The translations under genes and the position numbers were made by a program. From Podarcis liolepis (lineage: Eukaryota): a stretch of 64,000 nucleotides of DNA. Shown in pieces: positions 36,672 to 48,415 of the stretch; within the stretch, counting starts at the first letter, position 1, and every line of letters starts with the position of its first letter. The stretch lies in assembly GCA_965112155.1 (NCBI GenBank), contig OZ218103.1; one strand, written 5' to 3'. Below the pieces are notes generated by a model. The model worked only from the letters and a program-made list of their open reading frames with translations, was not told the DNA's origin and did no database searches.

Positions 36672-36721
36672 ATGGATAAGGACCCTCAATTGCAGTTGCG
36701 TGTCTTTGACCTCAATTGCTG
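36672..36721 (+). CDS. SMPD2: SMPD2 coding exon 1 (exon probably begins at 36558)
   Basis: ATG GAT AAG...LNCW, gtgagt donor; upstream acceptor ctggcag ends at 36557. Confidence 0.9.
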
Positions 36722-39700
36722 GTGAGTTTTTCCATTGCTTTATTTTTTTGTGTGTGTTTAAGGCAGGTGAGGGTTGGCTCTGATCTGCATGACTGCTGGC
36801 AAAGGTTCAGTCATGTTTTCTGATCAAGAAGTTGCTGAGTCTTCTGGGTTACGGCAAACACATTCTTCACCTGTTTGTTTCCCTGTTTGCAGAGAGGAAA
36901 TAATGAAGCTCCCGTGGCTGGGGCTGTTTTTATGTAAATAAAACAGGGTATTGGTAAATCTCTCTGTGTATTCCTGCCCTTTTACAACCCAATGATTAAG
37001 TGATTTGGCTGAACATGCATCTATGCTTAAATGGAGAGAGGGGGGAATCTTTTTCATGCTGAGGACAAACTTTGGGGGTGGGGCAGAGACTCAAGTGGGC
37101 AGGCCAGAGAAAAAACAGATGGAACAATGCATGAGACCCTTACTTTTGTACAGTGTCCTACATTATAGCCTTCCAATTCCATTATGTCCTTCCAATTCCA
37201 ACACAGGCTCATGTATACAATATAATGAGATGGTAGAATCATCAGGTGATGGAGTCTATCGTGCCATGTTTCAGAATGGGGGAGGGAGGCCATCTGTTTT
37301 GTTTCTCTCCCATGTAAAACAAGTAAAACAAACAAAGCAGTTGCTAGCAAGTCATGGAGAAAAACTCATTTCAGCTAATTCCTTTTTGCAGTGACGAATG
37401 TATAGTCCCTTGTATTACCCCAGGAATCTTCCACCCCATTTGGGGGCATGCAACAGCCAGGCCTGACTCTGTCTGTGTCTGACCAGTTTTTCTTATAGTG
37501 CTGCTTGTACATAAATGCATTCAATGTTTCTTGGCATTTAATGTGCATATCTTTTCCTTAATGTGCAGCAGCAACAACAGCTGCTGTGAGAGGGCTGCTT
37601 GCCTCAGTGATGAGAGGGGATTTAACCATTTCCTTCCCTACTGTAGTCCTGATTAAAACTGCTCCTCCAGGTGTGCTTTTTGCATTGGGAGGAGTGCTTC
37701 CTTTGGCTCTCAGTAGGATACTGCCTTCTTTACCAGGTGTAAGTAATGAAGGGCTAAGATTGAAATGAGCAATGAGCCTAGTTGGAACCTGATGTTTCAC
37801 TCAGTTTCCTTCCCTTTCTCTCCCTTCCAGGGCCATTCGCTACCTGAGCAAAGTACGGCAGCAGCGCATTGAATTGATTGGCAATGTCCTCAACCAGGAG
37901 GGATATGACTTGGCGCTCTTGCAGGAGGTGAGTACTTACATCTGTTATAGTGCATCTAGTATTGGCATAGGTTGTGGGCAGAGCATGGCAAGATCTTGAA
38001 GCACTATACATTGTTGTAGTGTTATATAAACATGATTAATTGGGGAGGAGGGATGCTAGGGGAAGGGAGGGGTTAGCTCCCCCCCCACACACCTAGCTTC
38101 AACTTAGCCCACTGATTCAATTCCCACTTCTGTTCTTTGGTTTGCAGTCACTGTGACTACAACCTCTCTGCTTTTCCAGGTGTGGAGCGAGAGAGATTAT
38201 TGGGAGCTGAAAAAGAAGCTGTGTGCCCGCTACCCTTCTTCCCACTATTTTAAAAGGTAAAAAGGAGCTTGAATAGTCCATGCCAATGGCTGAGCTCATT
38301 TATTATAGGCTTGACTTCACAGATGTGGAATTTATATGGTTTTTAGAGAGGACCCTCTCAGACACTGGTAAGAAATCATTCCCACTCTTTAGTTCCTTGA
38401 GGGCTCAGAGAGGTTAGCATAAAAGGCCTTGGAATAAGTTGGGTCTTTAGCTGATCAGAATAATATTTTCTTGGAAACAGGTTCCTTGTTGCTTGTGCAG
38501 AAGCCTCACCCCTTGTGACAGATAATTGTTCTTTAATTGCCCTTGTTCCCTTAGCAATCCTTGCCTTCCAGATGTGGCATGCTGACTGAATAGCCCACAG
38601 GTCTATTTTTAAGGCTGTGTTTGTGAAACAGAGCCCATGGTTGCGCACTGGATCACTACATGGGCAGCCTGGTGCAGGACCCATGGGTTGGATGCATGTT
38701 GGCATATACCTGGTGTGAAACCAACCTGCAGACCAACCTGTGAAACCAACCTTCATCTGTAGGGGACACAGCTTGGAACACAGGGAATCTCAATAAAATT
38801 TTGTGACATTAGTTAATCTGAGTTTTACAGACTCACCTTGTACAGGCCACTTGATGGTTACCAAACCTTATGGTTCACTTCTTTGGCAGACACGGCATTA
38901 AACTCTTCTTAAATGTACATTTTGGTGGGCACCTGTGACTTGACCTTGCGTGCTGTTACAGAAGCTAATAATGGTGAGGCAGCATCCCTTTTCAGTCTTG
39001 ACTCTATCACGGTGTCAGAAGACTTCGCTTCGTCCCTAGAACCAGGAATAATTCCAAGGAGTCTCAAATGCCAGCCCTTTTCTATAAACTCTAGTTATTG
39101 ATTTCAAATGGAGGATGGGAACAGTGAGGATTGGCAATGCCCCCCCCAGCTGACGCCTGTGGTGCCTGTGTCTTTCACAGTGGAGTGATTGGCAGTGGGC
39201 TCTGCATCTTCTCCAGATACCAAATCCTGGACACCTTCCTGTACCAATACTCTGTAAATGGCTACCCCTACATGGTGAGTGGGCGATGCCTTGCTTGGGG
39301 GTGGGGAACATGCCAAAGAGCACCTTTCTTCTAAGGCTCTTTTCATGGTGACCGCATTGCCTACGTTTCTTCTACTGTCTTCCACATTCTTCTCTCTACA
39401 GTTCCAGCATGGAGACTGGTTTGGTGGCAAATCGGTGGGGCTTGTGGTCCTGAAGATACAGGAGATTGTTTTCAACATCTATGTGACTCATGTGAGCAGT
39501 TTTATTTATTTTGTTGTATTTTTTTAATTTGTTACAAACTTATTCAACTCCTGGAACAAGATTACAGAGATCATCTGTGTGTGTGTGCATGTCTAGATAA
39601 GAGTAGGATTTACATGAGGAACACAGGATAGCACTTCAGATTTGCTTAGATTGCTGAATGAATCCTGTGATTACAGTCATACCTTGGTTTTCGAACAGCT

Positions 39701-42700
39701 TAGTTCTCGAAAGTTTTGGCTCCCGAACACTGCAAAACTGGAAGTGACTGTTCCGGTTTGTGAACTATTTTTGGAAGCTGAACATCTGACGGGACTTCCG
39801 ATTGGCTGCAGGAGCTTCCTGCAGCCAATCAGAAGGCGCGCTTTCGTTGTCGAATGTTTTGGAAGTCAAATGGACTTCCAGAATGGATTCCATTCGACTT
39901 CCAATTTGGGACTGTACTGGCTTGGACTTCACAAGTGATACTTGTTTTTTACATCCTATTTGCCAGCAGGGGGTGTCCATGAACAGCCAAGGCTTTTTAT
40001 TTTCTTGGGTGGCACTTTCTTAAAAATGAACAAGACACACAACCTTTTAAAGAAGGATTTTTTGTGTGTTCTCTCAAATGTATGCATCATTAGAAAGCTG
40101 CTGTTCATTCTTATCCCAAGGTACAATAAATGCAAGCCACATTGCATAGATGAATAGAAGCTGCCTGTTAAAGGATTAAGTGGTTAAAGGATTATGTATC
40201 AATTCTGTCATTTGTATTGATGTAAACCTCTAGAACGTATTTTGTATAGCTAAGCATTTAGCTTTATCCTCAGCATATTGTATTTTATTTTATTGCTATG
40301 GCTAGTAGGTAATGCAAATAAAATTTCTGTGTAATGCCAGGCAAGCAGTGAGTGCAGTCCCAAAGATCAATAAACTAACTTCTGCTTCTGGGACTGTCTC
40401 TAAATTATCTTAGCGTTGAGGAGGAATAGAAAGCCGGCACAATGAAATGGGTGAGAAAAACTCCCACAGGAGGCAGCCTTAATGAGCAGTATGATTTTAC
40501 AAGCTTGGTACTAACACAGGAGCGTCAGTGTTGCCTAGTCTGCTGAAGCCTGAAAGCTACATGTGGAAATATTTTTGAGGTCTACTTACACTTGGCCATG
40601 CTGGGAGTTGTAGTGTAACGACATCTTGAGATCATTCTTTTGGTGAAGCCTGGGTTACATGATCGGAGGATATTATTCTGAGGCACCTTTTGGGAGATAA
40701 CAAACCCTGCCTGCAGAAACAAGGGACTAGTTCATCCATTCACACAACCAGCATTTCGGACGCAACTGTGGTTGGTATTAATGCAAATAAGCTTTGGAAT
40801 CGCAAGCTCCCGTCATCGTCTCTGGCATAGTCGCAAAGAGGAGATGGAAGCTTTCGCTTCTATTTTCAGCTAACTGTGGCTCCTTGTTATTCAGTTACTT
40901 GGTCAAATACTGGTAAGTCTGAAATGTAGCAGCGCTGGAGAACCTGTATCCCTCCCAATGCTGGTAAATTCCACCAGCCCTAGCTTGATTAGACAATAGT
41001 CAGGGGCGGTGAGAGCTATAGCCCACCAGCATTTGGTGGGGGTCACAGGCTCCCCATCCCTGGTCCAAGGACTCAAGTCAACTTCAATCTGTAATCTAGT
41101 TTCTCTAAATCATTGTTAAGATAAACCACAGTTCCAACGCTTGGGCTTAACAATAATGCATGGTTAGTTGAAAGTGGAAGCAAGAGCTTGTGATCTTGCT
41201 GGAGCAGCAGAAGAATGCGCACACAAGCCCAAGATTTAGACCAGTAATGCAAAACAGTAGTTTAGCGTTGTATCTGTACCAGATGGTACTCTTTGCTGAC
41301 AGTCTTGGATCATCCGTAGGTCCTTGTGTCTCTCTGAAACTGAAAACCCACTGTCTGTTATAGAATTCTTACCTTGTTGCTTTTGATCTCTGCCACAGGC
41401 TCCCCAATCAGTTTAAAGTGGGGCAGCAAGGCGAGTACATAGGCTGTTGCTTTGCGATTTCACATATATTACTATACAAGTGTGAATTTCATGTGTGTCT
41501 TGTTTTCTTCCTCCCAAGCTCCATGCGGAGTACTGCCGGGAGAAGGATGCTTACCTGCCACACCGAGTAGTTCAAGCCTGGGAACTTGCCCAGTTTATAC
41601 AGTAAGTCATGGGGAGACTCCAGAAATCTTTATAATGAGGTTTGTGTGCGCACACTTTGTCCCTCTCTCTGTTAGCTGGTTTCCCTCCTTGGCAGTAGTT
41701 CAGAGCTCTGGCTTGGAACATACTCAGTCCATCTAATGCTATCGCTCCAGCGACAGAATGAATGGGTGGATAGGGGGAGAGGATGCAGCCATGGTTTTGG
41801 GTGTGTGGTAGAATTCAAGTCTAACGTGGCTTAGATCTCTCATGACAAAAAACATCCTTGTATCATTGAGGGCTGCTTGTTTCCTCTCAGTCTGTGGCAT
41901 CTTCTCATCTTCCCAGACATACTTCAAAAGGAGCTGATGTGGTGCTGCTTGGTGGGGATCTGAACATGCACCCAGAAGACGTGGGCATCAGGCTGTTGCG
42001 AGGTTGGGCAGGGCTTCGGGACTCCTTCATTGCTGCAGAGAAGGTTGAGGTGAGTCTCCAGGTACCACCCTATGAAATGGTCCTTTGGTCACTCAGTAAA
42101 AGGAAAAGAAAGTTGCCCTTGGGGCCTGGAAACTATAACCTTATCTTTATTGGGGTAAGAATGTCAAGAGATAGGTTACACCAACCAGATTAAAGGTGCC
42201 TCTTCCATCCACCCGGCTCTCTCTCTCTTTTGCCTTCCTGAAAGCTCCGGGCTCTGCAGGCTGCACTGTCAGCCAGACTCAGTTGGCAGCTTCTTCCACA
42301 ACACAGCTTGCTGCAGATGCTCTAGTATCTTTTATTAGAAGGGTGGGAAACTTCAGGCCCAGTGATCAAAAGTGACCCTCCAGGCCTCCCTATCTGGCTC
42401 CAGGCCACACTGGAATGTGTCCTTCAACTCTGATAATGCACATTGCTTGTCTTGATAGAGATTATGTGAGAGTGTGTGTAGAAATAAGCCTACGGTACGC
42501 AAATGTGCATTAGGTATTCCATCTGCTTTTGTCCCTGGCCCCACCCACTACTGGCATATGGCCCTTGAAACGTTGCCCAGGAGGGATTGCAGCCCTCAGG
42601 CTGAGAAAGTTCCCCCACCTCTGGTTTTTTTTAGAACTGAGAATTCAGACTTTGGTCTTGCTCCTAGGGTGGTGAGGATGGCTCTACACTCTTGCCCACC

Positions 42701-45369
42701 AACTGCTTCACAAGCAAGAAAGAACTGCGGTGCTATCCCCAGGGGATTCGTATTGACTACATTCTGTATAAGGTATGTGCAAGTTCAACACATAGAAAGC
42801 GGCAGTACAGAGTTCAGAAAGCAGTTAAGCAATAAAGGCTGTCAAATATGGTTTGGCACTAGCCCCATGACAGGTCTGTCTCCTGACAGTATCTTCAGTC
42901 TGGAATGTCTTCTTTGTCCAATAGTCTCCAAAACTATGTGCTCACAGACTGGTATGGCCTCAGGCAACCTCTTGGCACCGGGCTGAACTCACTTGCTTGA
43001 TTTCCTGCTGTTGTTGTCTTTGGGCATGTTCTGTGTAACAGCTGGGACTGGCTTTTCAAGATATGAGGATAACACTTAAAGCTTTAGAGCCAAAATGAGC
43101 AAAGCACTAAGCACACTTCTGCAAGAACTTGCTGCATTTGGGGAGTTAGATTAGCTTGCACTGCTTGATCACTTCCTGAACTCTAAACATGTGGGCACTA
43201 CTTAGACCACAGCTGTTGCTACTTCCTACACAGGGGTGTGGAAAGTTGCCCGAGATATCCAGCCTTTCCTGTAAGAGGGGAACTACAGTTGTAACTAATT
43301 CCTCGGTTTGAGGTGGACGTTTGTGAGAACCATGGCCCTATGTTGATTTTGGGGAGAATTCAGAAGAGGGTAGCAAATATGGTTAAAGGTCACATCATTG
43401 AGAAAAGGTGAAAAGAACTGAGCACATCTATTACCCATGAGAAAATCAGATTGACGTTGAGCCTGAAAATAATCTTCAGTCTGTATCAAAATCTTACCCC
43501 AAAGCTGATGGCAAGAATGCGCCTGTTGCCAAACACTGTAGATGTCGGGCAATGGATTTTAAATGGCAAAAGCTTAGATTTAAGATGAATTTGCTGAAAG
43601 AACAAGCCACGGGAGCAAGTTGCCCGAAGACATTGCTGAATAGTTTTCCTTGGAGTTGCATGGTCAAATAAGCACATGATAGAACAGACATAGGAATTCT
43701 TTAGCTGATCCTTGAGGACACTTCCAAATTACTTGACATGAGCCAACAGTGTGATGCGGCAGCTAAAAAAGCCAATGCAATTCTGGGCTGCATCAGTAGG
43801 AGTATAGCATCTAGATTAAGGGAAGTAATAGTGCCACTGTATTCTGCTCTGGTCAGACCTCACCTGGAGTACTGTGTCCAGTTCTGGGCACCACAGTTCA
43901 AGAAGGACACTGACAAACTGGAACGTGTCCAGAGGAGGGCAACCAAAATGGTCAAAGGCCTGGAAACGATGCCTTATGAGGAACGGCTAAGTGAGCTGGG
44001 CATGTTTAGCCTGGAGAAGAGGAGGTTAAGGGGTGATACGATAGCCATGTTCAAATATATAAAAGTATGTCATATAGAGGAGGGAGAAAGGTTGTTTTCT
44101 GCTGCTCCAGAGAAGCGGACACGGAGCAATGGATCCAAACTACAAGAAAGAAGATTCCACCTAAACATTAGGAAGAACTTCCTGACAGTAAGAGCTGTTC
44201 GACAGTGGAATTTGCTGCCAAGGAGTGTGGTGGAGTCTCCTGCTTTGGAGGTCTTTAAGCAGAGGCTTGACAACCATATGTCAGGAGTGCTCTGATGGTG
44301 TTTCCTGCTTGGCAGGGGGTTGGACTCGATGGCCCTTGTGGTCTCTTCCAACTCTATGATTCTATGATTCTACTTCTGTCATTCAAAGAGGACTCTAATA
44401 AGATCGTTCCCCACCCTCTTCACCTGTAGCCCACAGCCTTGAATTTCTGGGAGCCTTACTTATTTAAAACACATGTGCATAATAAGCACCTTGCTCTCCT
44501 GCTTCACTTCCCTTCTTGTAGGGTTTGTCTCACTATGAAGTAAAATGCAACCGCCATGAGACAACTACTGGAACAGCTCCCAACAAGGACATACCTTATT
44601 CCGACCATGAAGCTGTCATAGCCACACTCTCTGTGAACAAGAGAGCGTTAGGCAAATGCCTAAACCATCCTAGAGTTGGTGAGTACCCCAGTTTCATTGC
44701 TTTGGCACAGGAGGGAGCAAGTACGCATGCCTTTGGGAAGTGGGGAGGGATGGCAAAGCCTGCCTGGTCCATCCCCAGTGGTGCTCCTTCAAGGCCTGTT
44801 CTCGCCCATTAACCTCCCTGGAGAGAAGAGTGTGGCCGTTGTGCTAGCGCCCTGGCTTCTCTGCAGGCATGCACTACCATAGTCAAGAAGCCAGTATCTC
44901 TGCATAAAGTAGAAGTCTTGGCCTGTCTCTCCAGACCACCGAGTGGGCTTGGACACAAATGTCTTAGGACTTTTACTGCCTCAACGTGCATGGTGGTTGA
45001 GTCCTGTTGCCGTCTGTCTTCCTAGAACCGGTGCTGGTGGACGTCTTGAACGAAGCCCGTATGGAGGTGCGGGTAGGGCTGCACGCGGCCGAGCGGCAGC
45101 AGTACTCCTGCGGCCGTATGGCCGTCCTGGCCATGCTGCTGCTGCTCATGCAGGCGACCATGGGCGTGAGCTCCATGTTTGGCGAAGCCCTCCTGCAGCC
45201 CTTCCCCAAGTTCTCCTTCTCGCTGCTCAGCCTGCTGGGGGTGCTGGTGTTGCTCATCTCGGCTGTGCTCTACCTCTTCCACACCATCGAGGTCAAGGTG
45301 CTCCAGGGGACAGAGGAGCAGATGCGGGTGGGGCTGCAGACACTCCAGGACAAGCTGAGCTCTCGGTGA
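36672..45369 (+). CDS. SMPD2: Neutral sphingomyelinase 1 (sphingomyelin phosphodiesterase 2), complete, 10 coding exons, 1230 nt / 409 aa
   Basis: Spliced product [17 protein letters not shown]...LALLQEVWSE...GSGL...NGYPYM...GDWFGGK...VTHLHAEY...GDLNMHP...RIDYILYK...SDHEA plus two C-terminal hydrophobic segments; all phases consistent; EEP-fold catalytic motifs intact. Confidence 0.96.
37831..37927 (+). CDS. SMPD2: SMPD2 coding exon 2 (AIRYLSK...DLALLQE)
   Basis: ttccag / gtgagt, 97 nt. Confidence 0.95.
38180..38256 (+). CDS. SMPD2: SMPD2 coding exon 3 (VWSERDY...HYFKS)
   Basis: ttccag / gtaaaa, 77 nt. Confidence 0.95.
39181..39274 (+). CDS. SMPD2: SMPD2 coding exon 4 (GVIGSGL...NGYPYM)
   Basis: tcacag / gtgagt, 94 nt. 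Confidence 0.95.
39402..39491 (+). CDS. SMPD2: SMPD2 coding exon 5 ([10 protein letters not shown]...YVTH)
   Basis: ctacag / gtgagc, 90 nt. Confidence 0.95.
39674..39914. mobile_element. Tc1/mariner MITE related to 6796-7006
   Basis: TA-CAGTCATACCT...GACTG-TA; same left terminus. Confidence 0.7.
41519..41601 (+). CDS. SMPD2: SMPD2 coding exon 6 ([10 protein letters not shown]...WELAQFI)
   Basis: cccaag / gtaagt, 83 nt. Confidence 0.94.
41917..42049 (+). CDS. SMPD2: SMPD2 coding exon 7 ([19 protein letters not shown]...)
   Basis: tcccag / gtgagt, 133 nt. Confidence 0.95.
42668..42772 (+). CDS. SMPD2: SMPD2 coding exon 8 (GGEDGSTL...RIDYILYK)
   Basis: tcctag / gtatgt, 105 nt. Confidence 0.95.
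43735..44370 (+). mobile_element. 5'-truncated young CR1 LINE in SMPD2 intron 8
   Basis: Uninterrupted ORF2 C-terminus ([17 protein letters not shown]...[10 protein letters not shown]...), (TTCTATGA)n tail, flanking TACTT duplication. Confidence 0.95.
44522..44678 (+). CDS. SMPD2: SMPD2 coding exon 9 (contains catalytic SDH)
   Basis: ttgtag / gtgagt, 157 nt. Confidence 0.94.
45026..45369 (+). CDS. SMPD2: SMPD2 last coding exon (two transmembrane segments)
   Basis: tcctag acceptor, TGA at 45367-45369; LYLFHTIEV resembles human FYLFHVQEV. Confidence 0.94.
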
Positions 45370-45541
45370 GGCCTGTCGCTTGCTGGAACTCCAACAGGGA
45401 CCAAGAGACTATGCTGAAAGCTTTTCCGGGAGCCGTAAGTTCCTCTGTGCCGCCAGGTTCTAAGGGTTAGCCGTTTTTTAAGCACGTGGCAGCAATTGCC
45501 GTAGAAGTTTTTTATTATTATTTTTAGCTTAGTCCTAGGGC

Positions 45542-45821
45542 AATAAAACTTTCTACGAATAGTTCTGACCTTCTGCTGAAGGGATTCTAGCACAAGTACG
45601 ATTTGTGCAGAAGCGAATTTTGAAACGAAAGCAGTTCAAGTGCATGCGGTTCAGCTGTGGCTGTTTAGAAACCAGCATTTATCAAACCAAACCATGCTGT
45701 TCCGACCGAGTCGGGTGGCTGAATTAGTACTGTAAAAGCCTGGTGTTCAGCAGACGAGTTAAAATGTGTATAGCGTTTCTAGTTTATACAAAGTTCCTTT
45801 TTGAATTGAAAACAGAATAAA
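45542..45821 (+). terminator. Two candidate SMPD2 polyA signals (45542-45547, 45816-45821)
   Basis: AATAAA hexamers about 170 and 450 nt after the stop codon. Confidence 0.55.
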
Positions 45822-47010
45822 TCATTCTTCAAATACAACAGAGCAGAAAGTAGCATTTACTGGTGAAATTCTTTTTCTTGAAACCCTTTTTTTAATTGCT
45901 TGCTTAGCACTTGAATGTACCAAAATCCTTTCACTGACATCATACTTCCTGCAGCTCTTGTGAAGTAGATCACTGTTGTTTGCATTTCTTGGGGGGGGGG
46001 GAGTGATGCTAAAGGGCTTGCTGCAGTCCAGCCAGCAAGCTTAAGGCTGGTGTAGCTGCTTCCTAACAAGTCAAACCATTGAACCATGCAGGCCTCCAGG
46101 GTCTCAGGCAGGGGGCATTTTCCCAGCTGTCTTGCCTAAGATCCTGGGAATCTGCAGATGCCAGTCTCACCCTGCGACCTGCATGCAAAAGACATGTTAA
46201 GCCACTGAGCATTTTTGGCTCTCAGCTAAGGAGCTAGCCTTCAGCACAGTTCTTAGTAGCCTATTATGTAATTGTTGAGTCTTTTAAAAAATCTCTTAAA
46301 TACTCTTCTTCTGTTGGAAAAGCCCTCCTTTGACACCAGCGGCAACCTGTAGAGCTGGGATTAGCAGTCTTCAGGCTGAATTTCACCCTTTTAGCGGCTT
46401 AAAACATCTTGGGAGAGATGGAGACCTATATGCAATTGAGACCAGGAATCCTACCTTTGGTATGTAGATATATTTTTCTTACCATGGATGACCCCCATCC
46501 TACCACCCCATGCCCCTCTTCATTGTGCCAAGCTGGCAAAAAGTGCTTCTCATCTAGCAGGCAGAAAATGTGTTTGGTGTGTTACTGAAGACGTAGTTGT
46601 CAACCACGGTTACATTGAGAACATTGCGAGAGGCTGCATGCAAATAGCCCAGATAGCAGACAGGTCTGTGAAAGCATGGAGGTAATCATGTCCAGCCTAG
46701 AACAGCATCTTTTTGATGCATGTGTTTGTTTATAAGCTTAACCGGTAACCTGCTCTTCCTCAAAGGATTTAGAGCAGCATTCATCGAGGTTTCTCCCATC
46801 TGGGCACATTACCTGCGTATCTTTCATTATGTGTCCTTCCTTGCCATTCTTATTTAGTGAGAGAAAGGCAGGCATCACAATTGTCTTCTCAAAAAGTTTA
46901 GTAGAGCCCAAAAAGCTTCAGAAGATACCTGGGGGATATCTTCTTTTCTTGTGTTAAATTAGCTTGGGTGAGAAAAGGCAGGACAACACTTCCAGCTCAC
47001 TCCATGCATC

Positions 47011-47362
47011 TTTATTGAAAGAGGAGCACACAGCCCGTAAAAAGAGCTGTGGCTTAACAGCAGTTCAGGCATGGCAACCACCTGGTTCTAACAGGTAGCC
47101 ATCTCCTCAGCCGAAGAGGTCTGACCCTTGTTCTGTAAAGGGGCTTGCTGCAGGAGCAGTTTATGGTGATGAAACAGCGCTCCTAATTCTTCTCTAGTGG
47201 CTGTTCTTTTATTGCTTTGGGATACTATATTCAGACCACACCTGTGTGGTTTTATAGCTGGCAATCCATTACACATGTAAGTAGCGTGTGAGTGGCAAAG
47301 ATGCCTATCCAGATACTGTGTGACAGGATCACACTTCTCCAGTGGCCGTGCTGTTTTTTATT
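47011..47362 (-). terminator. Candidate MICAL1 polyA signals
   Basis: AATAAA on - strand at 47357-47362, 47208-47213 and 47011-47016. Confidence 0.45.
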
Positions 47363-47430
47363 ATAATTCCTGGCAGGCTGCATGCAGCCTTGCTCATTCA
47401 ACTGAGTAATACCCTGTAAACTGTTTATAT

Positions 47431-47552
47431 TAGAAAGGCCTTGCTAGTGTTGTTGGGATTCCCAACTCCCTTCAGATCCAGCCAATGATCAGGGATTATA
47501 GGAGTTGTAGTCCCAACAACACTGGGTGGGGGGCACAGGTTCCCTACACCTG
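47431..47552. mobile_element. Palindromic hAT-type MITE; related copies at about 18390-18513, 40930-41062, 48483-48596, 49705-49790, 56100-56200
   Basis: Exact 8-bp TSD GTTTATAT (47423-47430 and 47553-47560); shared GGGAGTTGTAGTCC...CAGGTTCCC...CCTG end. Confidence 0.75.
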
Positions 47553-48251
47553 GTTTATATATTAAATTATTTAGCATTTATGCCCCTCCAAATATCTCAT
47601 GCTAGTTTGGGAGTGGGAGGTGCGAGGTGCAAGTAATATTGCCCTGCTGGAGCTTGGGTGAAGGCAGGAATGCTCACTTGCACAGCAGCAGCCCAAGTGG
47701 CAAACACTGCAGCTGCCTGAAGTGGCATGAAAGAGGAGCTGTCCTGGTAAGCGAGGCCTTTTTCATAGGGGAGAATGCAGGCAGCTATAGATAGTACATG
47801 TGCAATATTGTCTCCCTGTAGCCAGTGTAAAGAAGAATTTGGAGGACAATCTTAAGACACACTATAATGAAATCACTTATTGGCAAAAAGAATAAAATAA
47901 AAAAGGGCCGTATTTCCAGTCTTACTACTTAAAAACACTCGCATCAAGGTCAGGCTTGTTCTCCTTACACCTAATAGCAGCTACCAAACACTAATCTGCA
48001 GGGCGGGGGGGGGGGGGGCAAGGGACTCAATCCCAGGCAGCTGACCTAGGCTGCTAATGAACGAACTCACTGAAGTGCCTGATGCTTACAGCACAGAGCT
48101 GCAGCCAGCACCTTGGCCTTCATTATTGCTGGGGTGCCTCAGACAGATCTTTGCTGAAGATCAACCAGTCCTCTGCAGATACGTGTTAAAACGGAACTTG
48201 TGTTAAAATGTAGCTTTTGCACGAAGACAAAAGCTTCAATATAGCCAACTC

Positions 48252-48415
48252 TCAAATCTTCCCAAGGTCCCCAAATGCTGGCGCGTGCTCGTAAAGCTCA
48301 CTGAGACGCTTCTTCTCCTGCATCTCAATTAGGGCACTGCGCTGGTTCACAACCTCCAGCAGCTGGGACAGGATCTCCTTCTCTTTCAGCTGGTCCTCTA
48401 GGGTTTTTGAAGTCT
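48252..48415 (-). CDS. MICAL1: MICAL1 last coding exon (...[22 protein letters not shown]...GKI*)
   Basis: ttacag acceptor, TGA at 48254-48252. Confidence 0.94.

Noticed and set aside
43738-44295. 185-aa ORF as a host gene
   Set aside because: It is the C-terminus of CR1 ORF2, 5'-truncated and lacking the RT core.
44943-45470. 175-aa alternative-frame ORF and antisense ORFs over the SMPD2 last exon
   Set aside because: Expected by-product of high GC3 (few off-frame stops); no independent start context.
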